64,000 bases of DNA. It comes from the human T2T-CHM13v2.0 reference genome, Homo sapiens. Of the stretch, positions 13,961 to 29,250 are shown in pieces. A program made the position numbers and the translations under genes. The stretch lies in NCBI RefSeq assembly GCF_009914755.1, contig NC_060927.1; one strand, given 5' to 3'. Every line of letters begins with the position of its first letter. The stretch's first letter is position 1. The notes beneath the pieces are model-generated. The model was not told where the DNA came from. It made no database searches and was given only the letters and a program-made list of their open reading frames with translations.

Positions 13961-14329
13961 TGCTTCAAGTGTTTTGGTACCAGTTGAGCAAAAATATTTG
14001 AATTGAGTGTACCTGACTCATGCTTTCCTTCTCAGTGACTATGGAAACCTCAGCCCTGTCCACGCTGTGCACATGCAGTAGGGTAAATATCTGTTAGAAA
14101 TGTCTAGGGAAAGAGAATCTTCTAAAATTTGTAATCCAAAGTTTTGATGAAGGGCTGAATCAGGGTTTAATGAGGCTAGAAACATGCCACTAAAATAGCC
14201 TGGAATTTTTCTCTGACATTGCAGCCAAAGTAGTTGAGGCTGTGAGTACTCTGAATCACAACAGGCACCTACTGTACCTCTTCAAGTAGATAGGCCAAAG
14301 ATCACTTCATGGATGCTCAAAGATTCATG

Positions 14330-14700
14330 GATGCACACACATGTGAACACTCATGACCTTGGCCCTGTTGCATGCATTACCTTCCTCCCTAAATTCCCTT
14401 CCCTCCACTCTGCTCTCACTACAAACTCTGCATGCCTAGAGGCTACTTATTTTTAAAGCTCAACTAAAACCTCACTTACTGTACGTAGTTAACCTGGTTA
14501 TCTTCTGACAGATGCAGTTCTTTCTTCCTCTGAATCCACAGAGCATTGTTTCTGATCTGATTTTCTCTAAGGGCCTTTTTTTGCCTGTGTTAAAGTTAAA
14601 AGTGAACATAGTTCACTCATTTCCCAGTAGAATAAGACTATCATAACTCCTGTATTTGCCATATTGTTGGCCCTCAGAAAATGAATGTTAAAGGAATGTA
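14330..14700 (+). mobile_element. L2 3' fragment
   Basis: gcattaccttcctccctaaattcccttccc...ttttaaagctcaactaaaacctcac...ctcagaaaatgaatgtt. Confidence 0.5.
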
Positions 14701-15134
14701 AATCACTAATGAACACAATATGCAAATTCAAGCCCTAATATGTGCAGTAGAGATAACAAAGATCAATATGCCAGTGCCAGATTAAATCCTCAAGATTCCT
14801 AAAAAATCTGAGTGGGTTCTTCAAGCATTGTTAGTGCTTCAGTGGAGGAATATGTGTTTGTCACATCAAATCCTGGCTGATTAATTAGCACAGCTGGCTG
14901 TTTTGGATTTCCAATAATGAGTCAGCACTACCCCTATCAGACAGTGTAGCAAGACCCAGGAAAGCAGAGTCTTCACTGGAGTGGGACTCCAGGAACAGAT
15001 AAACAGATGATCAAGTACAAAGGCTAAGTGAGAAAAAGACTTCTTAATTCTTTGCAAACTGGTTGTGGCTTATTTAATGTTGAGTTTAGCTATATTGGCA
15101 AAGTGTGTACCGATTTGTTCAGCAAGCCCTTATT

Positions 15135-15459
<325 letters not shown>

Positions 15460-16334
15460 TCAGCAAGCCCTTATTGATAACATTGCTGGGTTCTGTGGGA
15501 GGGTATCAAACAAACAACAAAAAAGATCCATCATTGCCAGCAGGATTAAATGCTGTGAAACAACTGGACTCATACATACACATCATTTAATTCTTTATTA
15601 TTTTTAAGACACCATTTTCTTTCAAAGCACTCAAGTTCTAACCTAATAGTCAATGCTATTTGTACCTTACTTCTAGCATTTATTTTGTTGCCATATCCAG
15701 TTTCATAGTTTGCTTACCTATTTGCTGGTTTATTTATTACTTCTGTATTCGTTTAATATGTTAGCTGTGGATTGTGGGGGTTATGCAGTGCAGGTGGTCA
15801 GACTTTGACCATGTTTTGTTGTCCCTTCTCTGCTATGATAATACTCCTGTAACATTTGTCTACAGAGTGGACGTTTTTTTTGGCTCCTGGAATCTCAGAG
15901 TTGTAACCTGTTTTAATGTCAGTTAGTTCAGGCATCTCTCTAATGGATAAGTGCCCTTCCAGGAAGCAGACACACACACTCTGATTGGCATGTGCAATGT
16001 GGCAGCTTCCAATGTCAGGAGCTTACTAAATCCCTGTGTAAAAATGGCAAAGTCCTCTTACAGATTATTTTCATTTTAGAGACTATTTTGCTTATGTGGT
16101 TGGTTGTGTTTTGTTTACTTTCTTCATTTATTTGCCATCTTTTTTTTATATTGGGCTCCAATCGACCTGATTTCAGGATTAGACTTTACCTTATCTGTCT
16201 ACAGTTCATCTCTAGTCAGAATTCCCAAACTAAATAAGTCAGAAATTCAGTAAGTAGTCTTGAAAAGGAAAAGTACCCGTTTTTCCACGAGAATGGAACC
16301 CATGGCTTTAATCATATTATTACCATGTACATTT

Positions 16335-16520
16335 TGACTCTGAGTTTAAACTGCAGCTTCTCATTTAAAATGTGGGTCCTTGGATAATATTCTTAAATTC
16401 TCTAAGCCTCAGCTTCTGAGAATTTATCTTCAAAATTTGGTTAGTGATATCACCATTGTCTTCCTCGCATGATTATTGTGTTGGCCAAATAAATTAATGC
16501 TTATAGAAGTGCTTTATAAG
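16335..16520 (+). mobile_element. MIR SINE
   Basis: ctgagtttaaactgcagcttctc...tgtgggtccttggataatattcttaaattctctaagcctcagcttc. Confidence 0.65.
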
Positions 16521-17544
16521 CTGCCTGTATACCTGTGAAATACATGCTAATTTTCATGCAGATTATTACCCTGAAACAGAGTTCCTAAGTGTCTATGTGA
16601 CTGTGGAAGAGAAGAATAATTCCAGACCTGCAATCCACCAGAATACACTTTCATTAGGAATATTTGGATGACAAATGTCACTATTAGTCTCAATGTAACC
16701 CCTTTAAATGCCTCAGGAACATTTGGGTATGGAAGGTTCAAGAAAGGCTGCCTCAGGTGTCTTCTCATAGGCTGAGTTTTATCCTGGCTATCTTGATACT
16801 CCAGCTCTGTTTCTTTTGGCCCTGTATCTTGTCCTCTATTTCCATAGATTCTAGAATCATGTCCAGGCTGTAGCCGGAAAAAAAAAAAATCTTTTTTTTT
16901 GGCTTATTGATCTATTCATAAAAATTGCATTGCACTTAAAAGGTACCTTTAGCATGTGCCTAAACACTCACACTTTGACACGTTCCCAGATTTGTCATTG
17001 ATGTGTGGATAATTACTTACAACTAGAAACCACTTAACAGATACCTGAGGTGCCTCTCCTTTTGCTCAATTGGCTGCTGCATGGATGGTCCATGTTTTTT
17101 GCTAGGAAACACCCTTTCCTCCACTTGAGTCTACTCCCCTCCATTTGCAGACCTTGCCCCTGATATGACATCCATGGGAACATATCTGTCATGTAATTGA
17201 GGAGGTCGCGGCCTTGGGAAATGCAAGTGTTTGGCCTATACCCTTGCGTTGCCTGTGCAGTGAACACTGAAGAAATCACATTATTCATTGTCGTGGTTAA
17301 ATGAGGAGCAGTGTGTCTAGGATTTGCTGGTGTAGGATTTTTCATTTAATTAAATCTGAGTTTATATCTGCCCAAGAGACCTCACTGATAAAGGGAGGGT
17401 GCTAAAATAGCTTTGTCAGTACTGAAGTCCCACAATAACTTTTTCCTGATATAATTAAAGTTTGTCCATTGATTTCAGTTCACAGGGAAGGTTATTGTTT
17501 TTGAGCCAACATTATCATTGCTACTTCACATTTATGGAGAAGCT

Positions 17545-17690
17545 TTATTGGTTCTGTGACCTTGGGCACGTTACTTAACCCCTCTGACTTTTCGTATAAA
17601 GCAGAGTTATTAATGACTTTCAAACAGAGCTGTTGTCAGGATTACAATACATTTTTAAAGATGTAAAAGACTTGCTACCTAAAAAGGTAA
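17545..17690 (+). mobile_element. MIR SINE
   Basis: ctgtgaccttgggcacgttacttaacccctctga core. Confidence 0.75.
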
Positions 17691-17743
17691 CTCACCTGAA
17701 TTATCTCAGTTTATCCTTACAATCTCAGTGGGTGGAGAATAGG

Positions 17744-17744
<1 letters not shown>

Positions 17745-17785
<41 letters not shown>
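17745..17785. repeat. (TG)20 perfect microsatellite, interrupting a minus-strand MIR
   Basis: Uninterrupted TG run; MIR-like flanks (tccttacaatctc... and ...gttcagagaaatggagtaaac). Confidence 0.97.
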
Positions 17786-17788
<3 letters not shown>

Positions 17789-18043
17789 CTCACAAGAGGA
17801 TTCGAGTTCAGAGAAATGGAGTAAACTGTTTAATGCCACAAGGCTGGTAGGCTGCAAAAATAGATTTCCCTCTGGCAATTTTGACACTCATAGCACGTTG
17901 GACCTACATGTGTTTCCTGAGACCAAAACCTGACCTTTTCCAGGAATCTCCTATTGACTCTCAATAAGTTTCAAGAAATGAGACATTCAAAAAAGCACAC
18001 AAAAGACACCATTAAGAACATTTAAAACAAAGTTGGAGTAGAA

Positions 18044-18283
18044 CCAGTGGTGTGCTGTGACAGTTCTCTCTTGAGAGAGCTGTTAATTGTCAGCAATTTT
18101 GTGAGCCATTGTTAAATATATCCATTATTACAACTTATATTGTATAAACATAACTAAAGTATGGTAAAAAAAAAAAGATATTTAATGCTCAAAATTTTTC
18201 ACTCTCTATTCTTTTTTTAAAAAACTACATTTTACTATTATCTACACTCCTGAACACATTGTATCCATCTGGTAGAAATACTA
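18044..18283. mobile_element. MER63 (hAT-Blackjack) fragment
   Basis: Terminus ccagtggtgtgctg; aattttgtgagccattgttaaa; actacattttactattatcta. Confidence 0.75.
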
Positions 18284-18314
18284 ACTTACCATTATATGGT
18301 AAGTTACTCTACAT

Positions 18315-18620
18315 ATAAAAGAAGTGATGGCATGTCACTTCTGATATTAGGTTATGAAAGACTTCAGCTGTCATCTTTGGTTTCTCTGTCTCTTGGATCA
18401 CTCACTCTGGAGAAGCCAGCCAGTGTCTTCGGGACACTCAGATGGCCTATGGAGAGTCCCATGTGGTGAGGACTCCAGCCTACAGCCAGGGAGAAACTGA
18501 GGCCTGCCAATAACCACATGAGCTTGGAAATCTTCAAATGACTGCAGTCCCAGCTGACAGCTTGACTGCAACTTCATGGGAGACCTTGAGCCAGAAACAG
18601 CTAGCCAAGCTGCTCCCAAC
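18315..18620 (+). mobile_element. MLT1F-like MaLR LTR fragment
   Basis: gaagtgatggcatgtcacttctgatattaggttat...gaaactgaggcctgccaataaccacatgag...gagaccttgagccaga. Confidence 0.8.
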
Positions 18621-21600
18621 AACAGAAAGATGACTATTACAGTTGCAAAGCTTCTAAATAATCTCCCATTCGATTCTGATTTTATAGGGGTTTCTATAGC
18701 AGTCAGTCACTCTCTATTTTTCTGAAACACTACAAAGTAGTAGGCAAACCTGAAATAATACCCACTATTAATATAAATATCTGCCATTTTGTCTTTTGCT
18801 AGCTGGTAGATACAGGCAAAGACAATTAACTCTGCTATTGGAACCTATTGAATTTTGGGGAAAGGCTTATTATTTCAAGTGTAAAATTAGATCTAATATA
18901 ATACTCTGCTTGACGATCTTTATTTTTTATTTTTATATAATGAACCCTCAACATACACAAATACCTCGGTATTATCCCAGAAAATCCCTAGAAGCTCTAT
19001 ACAGGGTATGGATAGTTTCTTAACTGAGGTAAAAATTATGGGTTGTCTGTATTTGGGTAGGGGAAAGATGGTGGCTGATAAGAGTGTTACAGCCATTCAT
19101 AGTGGTGTGCAAATGCAATACTTTACAGAAGTTCAGGCAACTAGGCCAGAAGTTTAGGGGTTTTTTTGCCCACAGAAGGGTCAGTAAACCATTTAGTGGA
19201 GACCTTAAAACTAAACTGGAACTTTAATACATCTGCCATCACTGCTATAGCACTTAGATGGGTGGATATTTTTTGACTACTGGAGTTAAGTAAAAAAAGA
19301 CTGAAGTAAGCAATAAGCCTCTGATGATATCAATGTAATTGGGTTAATAGCCTTAGTCCCTGTCCAGATCTTTCGTAAGCCCTCTTTTTATAAAAAGAGT
19401 TTGTTAATCTAAAATCCTGGAAAAAATTACTGATGTAAAAAGTTATTCTACCAGTCTCTGTGCTTAAATATGAATATATTTCTTTTAACTTGAAAAGCAT
19501 ATAATCATTAAAGAATGTCAACATATTTTATTCATGCAGGATTAACCTAGAAGGATAAAATCTCTTTCAGATTCACCAGTTTTCCCCCAAATTTGGTAAA
19601 TAAACGAGTTCTTATACAGTCTTGAATTAATTAAAATTTGGAGAATGCTAGATAGAACAACATATTCATATTCTTCTTTATTTTACAGAGTGAAGAAGCA
19701 AAATTTTGTGTCATTTACTAGCCCTTTTAGAAAATCAAAACTCTGTTTAAGCATAAAAGGTATAGTAGTAGATTTATTATTCTGAATTCAGGGTCTAAAT
19801 TTGGAAAAGGCACATAAAAATATTATCAAAGTAGACAAGATTTAATCATAAATATCTAGAGACAAGAAATATTTTAAAGTAGCATTGCCAAAACTATACA
19901 ATAAACAAAAGTGATTATCAGGAACTTAACTTTTTTAAAGTAAAAAATAATGATATTTAATTATTAAAGAATATAAAAGGATACAGAGATTAAAAGAATA
20001 TTTTTGGTCTAAGGAGGAAACTTTACAAATCTGGGCACAAAATACTCATTTACAGAAAAAATATATTTTGATTTTATTCCTTTTGTATATTACTCATGTA
20101 GTAACTTTCAGCATACAATTTATTAATATGTCTTTTTTTGGCATGAATATACACATAAATATTTAAATAGGTAATAAATTTAAAGTTTTGACTACATTTT
20201 AAAATATAATTGTCAGAATGTTAAATAATACATATCCTATGGAATCAATCTTATTCATAAACTACAATAACTTTAGAAACAAATATGATATTTTTATACA
20301 TATTAAATATTGAATTATTGAACTAGAATAGTTAACTCCTTATACTATTTATACTTATCATATTTAATACTTACTATATTTAATTAAACTGTTCTCTCCA
20401 AGCACAGGGGAAAACTAGAGAACAGAAATTCAATAACTGGCTATTATAAAAAATGACTACTTTTTGTAATTTTAATGATTTTGAGTTGCAATAATAATCA
20501 TAAATAATATGTAAAAAACATTTAAATATTTTATAATTTCTAGTTATTTAAAAGATAACAGTAAATTAATGTTAGATTAATGAATACTGTTTTATGTTTT
20601 TTTTTTTAATTTAGAAATTGTCCAGGTACCCAAAGATTAAATGTCTAAGGTCATAATATGAAATTTCTGAAAATTACAAATGTAACTTACACATCAAATC
20701 CTTATGATTTGTAGCACTGTAAGAATTTCATAAAAGTAAACACTTTAGAAAGATATCCATGATGAGTATTCCATCTAGTTGAGTCTCCTCAGCCTTGTGT
20801 GATCTCTGAAATTACTATTCAGCTTTCAGCTTCCCAGCAACTGTACTCAGCTGGGCCTCCCACATCACCCTGATCATGAACAGCATATTTTGACACAGAT
20901 TTTCATGACTCCTTCGCTCTGTTTCTATTTTCTGTAGTAGCTTGCCCCCCAAATACCATCTGCCCTAGTATCCCCAAACTCTAGTTGCTGTTTCATATGT
21001 CCAGTCCTCTGTTTAGGTTCTATTTCCATACAGACACCCCATATGGCAGATGCCTGCATTACCACCAGACTTTAGATGTTTTCTAATTCTCACTTCTATA
21101 TTAAATCATGAAATAAAAATTTCTCTTTAAAGAGCATATTTCCTTTTGGATTTCTTTCTGGGAGAAAATCTCAGAAGTTGGGTTCCTACACAAAAGAATG
21201 AATACTTTTCAATGACTCTTGATATGGCAAATGCTCTCTGATAGACCACTGGGCACCTTTGCTACTTTATAGGAGTGACAAAAGCGGTATCTTCTTAAAT
21301 TCAGCATCCAAGGGCCTACATCCATATGTTTTTGGAAAAGATACATTATTAGACTAGAATTTTTCCTCCATCATGTCCTGCATGCCTAGTGCTACAGAAG
21401 ACACACAGATATATATTATAAATGCACTTTATTCCACAATAAAATTAGGGCAGGTTGTGTCATTGGACCTCACTACGTTCATATTGCTGAAAAATAAAAT
21501 AAATCATCTACAACTCCATAGGGCAATCTCTCACTTTCAGTTGTGCAAAACAAAATATTTTCAATATTTCAGAAAAGTTAAGAAAGCTGTACCAAATTTT

Positions 21601-21812
21601 GAAATGCCTTAAAGATTGCTAAATGAGATCACTTTCCGACTTGAAGGACTATTCCAAGGGCATTTCAAAAGATAACATCCTGAATAAGGAAGTTATTGAG
21701 TCATTAGTTATTCTATAGCCTCATAGCAGAGGAAGTTAAAGCAGCCCAGATGCAGTTATTGAAGTAAGTCCAAGACCCCCAGCCAGCCTTTCTCTCTTGT
21801 TCTGGTGGTGTT

Positions 21813-21847
21813 GTTTGTTTTGTTTTGTTTTGTTTTGTTTTGTTTTG
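21813..21847. repeat. (GTTTT)n microsatellite
   Basis: About 6 tandem GTTTT units. Confidence 0.9.
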
Positions 21848-23309
21848 CTTGTGTTAAGGTAGTAATTTGGGGGTGGGTAATGGGAGGGTTTTCTACTCTA
21901 GAACCTTTAAGCTCTGTTATTTTTAGAAAGTGGAATTTTCTATAAACAATTTTTTGGCAGGTGAGATGTAGGGAACTACAGTGAGGCAGCGTTCAAACCT
22001 AGCAGACATTTTATTTTTTTACACATATTTATGCATGTGAGTCATTTCAGTCGTTTATTTTTCCCAGCCAAGGGAGATGGACTGCTGTGAGGTTGTTTTC
22101 TAGGCAAAACCACTTTGTTTCTCCCCACAAATAGACAGACTGCTTCTTCCAAATTTGACTTACTTGCGGGAAACCTTATTCAGCCCTCCGCCTCTGGTTT
22201 AAAGCACAAAACTAGGTCTAGAAAAGATGTTCCCTCGACTGTAAGCACCTCATTTTCACTCTTGAAAAGGAGAGATTTTTTGTTTGGCCCTCCAGGTTAT
22301 GCTCCCCACCTTTAGCAGTGTAATTGGCTGGCTCCTTCTCAGCTCTGCCACTGCATGTGTGCATTCAAAAGTTTCTTCTCTTATGCCTCTGTTCCGTTTC
22401 AAGTACTTTGGGCAGTCATTTCTCTTATCTTGTAGTTCATATTTTCAGCTTTCTTCATGTTTCACTGAATACACATTTACATTTTTATTTCTGATTCCCC
22501 TTGATATTTTGAGAGGATTTCTCAAAAGAAAAAGGGGCAAATGCTGATTTTTGCCACATTTTCAAATTAGATGTCTAGTTCTTTTACTTTAAATGTATTG
22601 TATAAATCACACATAATCAGATCATTAATCCAATCCAAGGACTCTCTTTAGATTATTGAATAAATTTTTAAAAAAATACTGCAATACCAAGACCTAGTTC
22701 TTACATTTTTATCTCGCTTTATTTAACACTTTTCCTATTTTTAACTATATATATATAAATTTTGTCTGCTTGTTTTATAGCTATATATTGTATTTTTTTC
22801 TATTCTCATAGGCTAAAATTACTCTTCCAGTAGATTCTTCAAAAAAGGCTCAAGAAAAATCTGTCCTTTAAGATGTCTTAGGTATTTTTAAATGTCGTTT
22901 CTTTGCCCTCATGCTTGAATGATAATCAGTAATTCCAACTTGTAGGTTCTAGGACAGCTTCAAAGAAAGATGGCATTTGACATGGTTCTTTAAAGATAAT
23001 AAGAGCTTTGATAGAGGATGAGAGATGAGCCCTCTGTGTTGATGGAACAGCATGTATTAACTCAGAATGAGGTTGGCAATTCTTTACTGAAATGTAGTTT
23101 ACAAGAGAATACTTATTGTGAACTGAGTATAGGAAGGAACCTTCCCTGACCATTCTCTATATTCCTCATTACTTACAATAGTATCTATAACATAGTTATC
23201 AAGGTGTTGAATGATGGCATAACTTAAAAGTTGCTTAGAAATAGATAATGCCAAAACGAATTTAATGTTAGACTTCAAATATTACTATTCAGTGTTTTCA
23301 TGTATATCA

Positions 23310-23610
23310 TGGGTATTTGTAAGATCATTCTGGCATCTATTCTGTGATAGATGGATGGGTTGGTGTGGCGCTGCAGAAAGGGAGGCAGGGAAGAAGTCTT
23401 ATTTAATAGTCCAGGCAAGACTGATGAGACCTGAACTACAGCAAAAGCAGCAGCAATTGGGAAGGGAAAAAGAAACTGATTTTAGAGGAATACAGGAGGT
23501 AAAATTAGCAGGAATCAGTGACTGATTGGATGTGGAGAAAGAGAGGGAGAACTCTGAGATGATACTGAAATTTTCTGGCTTCTCTTGGGGAAATAGTCAT
23601 GAAAATGGCA
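23310..23610 (-). mobile_element. L2 fragment
   Basis: aagatcattctggca...aatagtccaggcaaga...caggaggtaaaattagcagga...gtgactgattggatgtgg. Confidence 0.7.
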
Positions 23611-24720
23611 CTCATGCTGAAGCCCAGGCTATTCCAAAAATATAGATACACATACCCTTCCCAGGGGCTGCACTGAGGAAGCAGAGATGCAGAAAAAATT
23701 TTACCAGTGTTTAAGGGGAAACAGGAAACAGAATTCTTGGAAGATAGGCTACAGAGGTGTGGCTGTCAGTGTATACCAGCCCTGGCCATGAGTTCAAAGT
23801 GATTAAATGGTCAATGCCAAACACAATCTATGCAGCTCAAGAGGTTTCTGAGACCATGGAGAGCTTATAGGTGTGGGATTTAAATGACTGGAAATATAAT
23901 CTATGGTATACCACTAATGCTGTGGTCAAAGCATCTAGATATGGACGTTTTAAAGCCCAGAGATACTCGAGGCCTTGCCTCTTAATGCAAGTAGCTGTTG
24001 AGAAAGTATAACTACAAGACTGGGAAAAAGCACAAGGAAGAAATAAAGGTAAAAACTGTCATACTGAGATGTCATTCAAAAGCTGAGGCAAAAGTACTGT
24101 TGAATAGTAAGTAGATCCCTATCCAAAAACAACGGGACTCTGGTCTAAGAGTCCCTGGTTTTATCTCACAGAATTGTTTAAGTGAACCACTAGTGAATGA
24201 TGTATGCAAAAATCACACACAGATAAGTAGCCATTAACTTATGCACTAATATGCAAGAATGTAAATATGTATGTACATTAATATTAATTTACATATTTCC
24301 TCCTAGTCATCACGCACCTTTCCCATGGCCCTGGAGTTTCCTGGATAACATAATCAAGACAAGGGCTGGTCTGGTTAGCAGTTGTGTAGGAAGTATTGTT
24401 TAGTGAGTAGTACAGTTTAGATTATGTCTTTTGAGACTAGGTCAAATAAAGATATTTTATGTAGATTTATGCACTGCAATGGATTTTCTCTCTTCCCTTA
24501 TAATTCAGCACCCCCTTCCCCATCATTAAAATGAGGACTTTTACCAAGATAATTTTTTTAAAGCAGCACTTAATATTTATTTTTGAAGATCTTTTTGGAG
24601 AATATTGGCATCTTTACGTGAGATTCAGCATCTTCCAGATAATACTGAATATGTTTTCAAATAGATTAGTAACTCCCAACATTTCAATTCAGGAATCATC
24701 TTTCATGAGAGCATCTTCTA

Positions 24721-24993
<273 letters not shown>

Positions 24994-25728
24994 GAATTCT
25001 AGCACTAACTGATAATTTCCTCATTACAGAAGAGAATATAAAATCTTGAGTCAAAATGAAATGGACAAATGATACAAAATGACAATTTGATTAAATGAGG
25101 TTGATATTCAAAATTTGCAGGTAAGACATGAACCCTGAGAGCTCTCTCAGTACACAGCACATCTTTCCCTGCTGAGCTAGAAAGCAGTTTGTGACCAGGA
25201 GGCTGAGTGTGCCATAGCTTCACCCTCTTGTTCCCAGTGCCGCCCTGGTAACGACCTGTGTACTGCCTGTGAAAACACAATTTAGAAGATGCCATTTGAC
25301 TGTCCTCAGAAAGGCATCATTAGTTAATTAAACTGTAGCTATTTAAGCCCCTGTAACAAGTAATGGGAATTTCAATTCTACTGATAAAAGGATATTATTT
25401 ATAATGAGCTTCACCACCAAATGTGTTCTGAATGTGAAAGGCTAACCACTAAATTGTGACTCAGAACATTACCATAAAATCTGAAGCTGCACATACTGAT
25501 TGCAAAGGGAACTAGAATATGGAGAAATGATGAGAGCTAATGAGCCCAGCCTGTTAGGAATATCAGGCTCTAAGAGGGACAATCTTCTAGGTTTGTTGGG
25601 ACAAAAATGGAAGAAGGGAAATCGATTGAGAAAGGGGGCATTGTTGTTGGTTTTGTTTCTTTTTTTATTTTTCCCTATATTGTAATATCCAAAGGAGAAT
25701 TGGTTAGTTTTTTTAAAAAAATATTGCT

Positions 25729-26373
25729 TGAGAATGCTTAGACATTGCTGTTGGATATGTAAATGTGTACAAACTCTATGGAAAACAGTATGGAGATTTC
25801 TCAAAGAATTAAAAGTAGATCTACAATTTGACCCAGGAATCCCACTACCAGGTATCTACCCAAAGGAAGAGAAGTTATTACATCAAAAACACACCTACAT
25901 GCATATGTTTAATATGATACAATTCACAATTGAAAAACATGAAATCAACATAAGTGCCCATCAAAGGATAAGTGGATAAAATGTGGTATACATACACTAT
26001 AGAATACTACTCAGCCATAAAAAAAAGAATGAAATAATGTATTTTGCAGCAACTTGGATGGAACTGGAGGCCATTATTCTAAGTGAAGAAACTGAGGAAT
26101 TGAAAACCAGACACTGCATGTTCTCATTTATAAGTGGGATCTAAGCTATGGGTATGCAAAGGCATATAGAATGGCATAATGGACCTTGGAGATTCAGAAG
26201 GGGCAAAGATGGGAGGAAGACGAGGGATGAAAAACCACCTGTTGAGTACGATGTATACTACGTGGATAATTAGTGCACTAAATTCCTAGGCTTTACCTCT
26301 ATATAATTCATCCATGTAACTAAAACCATTTGTACCCCTAAATTTGTTGAAATAAAAAAATTAAAAATAAAAT
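25729..26373 (+). mobile_element. 5'-truncated L1PB (L1PB3/4-like) 3' end
   Basis: ORF2 C-terminus ([22 protein letters not shown]) plus 3'UTR and A tail; TSD AAAATATTGCT at 25718-25728 and 26374-26384, at a TTTT/AAAA site. Confidence 0.9.
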
Positions 26374-26716
26374 AAAATATTGCTAGAATATTCAGCACTT
26401 TTCCTCTGGGAAATATCAGTGGCCACTGTAATTTCTTAGAAAAATAATTCAATAATATAAAATGGCTAGGATAAGTGCTTTTTGGTCTTCATGTCTTTTA
26501 TTGACCACTTCATTTCCCTCTACCATCAAAAGCCAAATTTAAGTTTCATATTTTCACATACTGTCCGCTGCCTTTGTTATTAGTCAGTCAACAACAAATA
26601 GAGGATGTTTTCTCTTCCTTGAAGATTTTGGCTCCTAGCACAGGCACTTTCCATTATATTCTGCTGGTCATAATCTTTGATAACATCATTATTCACCTAA
26701 TCTTCTGATACACTGA

Positions 26717-27113
<397 letters not shown>

Positions 27114-27545
27114 AATTCTTCACAATCTTGAGCTTAACCTACTCTCTTTCAAGTTGACTTAATTTCTTACCCAACAATAAACGGTATTCAACCCCACAAG
27201 GACTTCTGAATCATTCATTTCTGATCATACCATCTTTTCACCTCTGACCTTAACCTTTTCATGCTTTCGAATGCTTCCTTGCATAAAACAGATTCCACAG
27301 TCAATTTTGTATCTTGAATATATGTTTCCTTTCTCTTCTTATTTCATTTACTCAATTGGAAAACCAATAACCCTGGTGAAATATAAATTTTCATCTACTT
27401 ATACATAAACCCCCATAGCTATGTATGGGAGGAGAAAAACACACTTATGCTGACTGTTCTCACTTTAAAGTCATAACCACCAATCTCAAGTAGACCTATA
27501 ATAGCCAAGCCATAATCTATCCCTCTAATCTTTCTCCTCCTCCTC

Positions 27546-27812
27546 CTTTTTCTTCTTCTTTTGAGACAGGGTTTCAGTCTGTCACCCAGGCTGGCATGCT
27601 GGAGTGCAGTGATCATAGCTCACTGCAGTCTTGAATTCCTGGGCTCAGGTGATCCTCCCACCTCAGCCTCCTGAATAGATTTTTTTTTTTTTTTCAGAGA
27701 TAGGGATCTCGCCATTTCCTAGACTTATCTTGAACTCCTATTCTCAAGTGGTTCTCCTGCCGTGGCCTCTCAAAGTGCTAGAATTATAGGCATGAGCCAC
27801 TGTACCCAGACT
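27546..27812 (-). mobile_element. AluJ with internal deletion
   Basis: gatcatagctcactgcagtcttgaattcctgggctcaggtgatcc (J diagnostics); flanked by CTCTAATCT repeats. Confidence 0.88.
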
Positions 27813-29131
27813 CTAATCTGTTTTCTTCTTCTCTGATGACGACCTTGCTACTTCACTGACAAAATGCAAACAATCAGAAGAAACTTTTTTAAGACCCCAC
27901 CCATACCTGCCTACTAACATCCATGCCCATAAATTGGCTTTCCCTGCTGTTACTGTGGATAAGTTCATGGTGCCTTTTGTTAAGGCTACCTCTATCTTTG
28001 CACAAGAACACATTTCCTCCCAAATGTGAAATTGGAAAGGAGCATCACACTGGCACTCCTCCACTTTCTAATGCAAAGTTTCACGTCATCCAACTTTCCT
28101 TTCTACTGCCTTATTCCAATCAGCATACAGACATGCTGTTTTTTTCTATCTCTTTTTAAAAAAAAAGTATTTCCTTCCCTATTTATGACTCCAGCTACTG
28201 CCTATTTCCCTGAAATCTTTTATGACAAAATGCCTCATGTCTTTTATACTCACTGTCTCTAATAACTCTCCTATCATTTCCTACATCTTCTCAAATCAGT
28301 CTTTTGCCCCTGCCACCCCTAAGAAACTGCTCTTTTCAGGCTTATCTCTGACTTCCACACTGGTAAATCCCATGATCAATTCTGTTTCCATAGTACAATA
28401 CAGTAAGTAACCATGTGCCCTGGTTAGGCTGTGACAATCACTGATTATAACCATTGTCCTATTACAGGTACTAATAGTACCAGTACTCATGCTTAAAAGT
28501 TTTCAAATTTGGACACTAAATGAGTACCCTACCTATCAGTAGGACTGGATAGAGTTGAGCACTCTCTCCTCTTTGAAAGACATTGCTGCCCTGCATCTTT
28601 CCACCTACTGTCTTCCTCCTAACTTATTGGCTTCTCCTTCCGAATGTTGTTTGGTTCTGAATGCCACATAACTTCATACCTGGATTTATGTTGTTAAATA
28701 AATATATACACCTCCTTGGTAATATCTATCTATTCATGGCTTTAAATATTGCTTGACATGTATATTTCTAATAGAGACCTCTCTCCCTCAAATTCCAGCC
28801 TTATGTATCTTGCGTCTTGTTTATTCAGAAAATCCACTTGAATATCTAATTGGGTTTTCACACTTAGTTTCTCTAAAACCAATTCCTTCATCTTCTTCCC
28901 CTTCCAATGCACTTTCCCTTGCTGTCTCCCCAATCTCAGTTATTGGCAACTTCATGTTTTCAATTGCTCGGGTCAATATGCCTTGAAATAAAGTTTAACT
29001 CAAGTCTTTCTCTCACTTTTCACATCCAATCCCTCAGCAAACCTTGTCAGATTCTCCTTCAAGTTGTATCCAGAATCTGCCTCCTGTCACCAACCCCATT
29101 ATTTCCAAGTCACCATAATCCAAGTCACCAT

Positions 29132-29250
29132 TTTCAAAGCAAAAATTGCACCAGACAAAAATTAAACAGGGCAGAAAGACTATTGCAATAAAGAAAGAGA
29201 AATCAGTCTGAATTCAATTTCACCAAAACAAAGTATTGAAGTGTTCTTTT
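29132..29250 (-). mobile_element. MER31-type ERV1 LTR, left piece
   Basis: tcaaagcaaaaattgcaccagac...ttaaacagggcagaaagactattgcaata; TSD CCAT at 29128-29131. Confidence 0.75.

Noticed and set aside
17150-17283. H/ACA snoRNA interpretation of the duplicated 73-mer
   Set aside because: Only a 6-bp stem and an ACA; no convincing 5' hairpin or H box, and wrong spacing
23650-24190. Possible old LTR/internal retroviral remnant
   Set aside because: Composition is suggestive but I could not match it to any family or find termini
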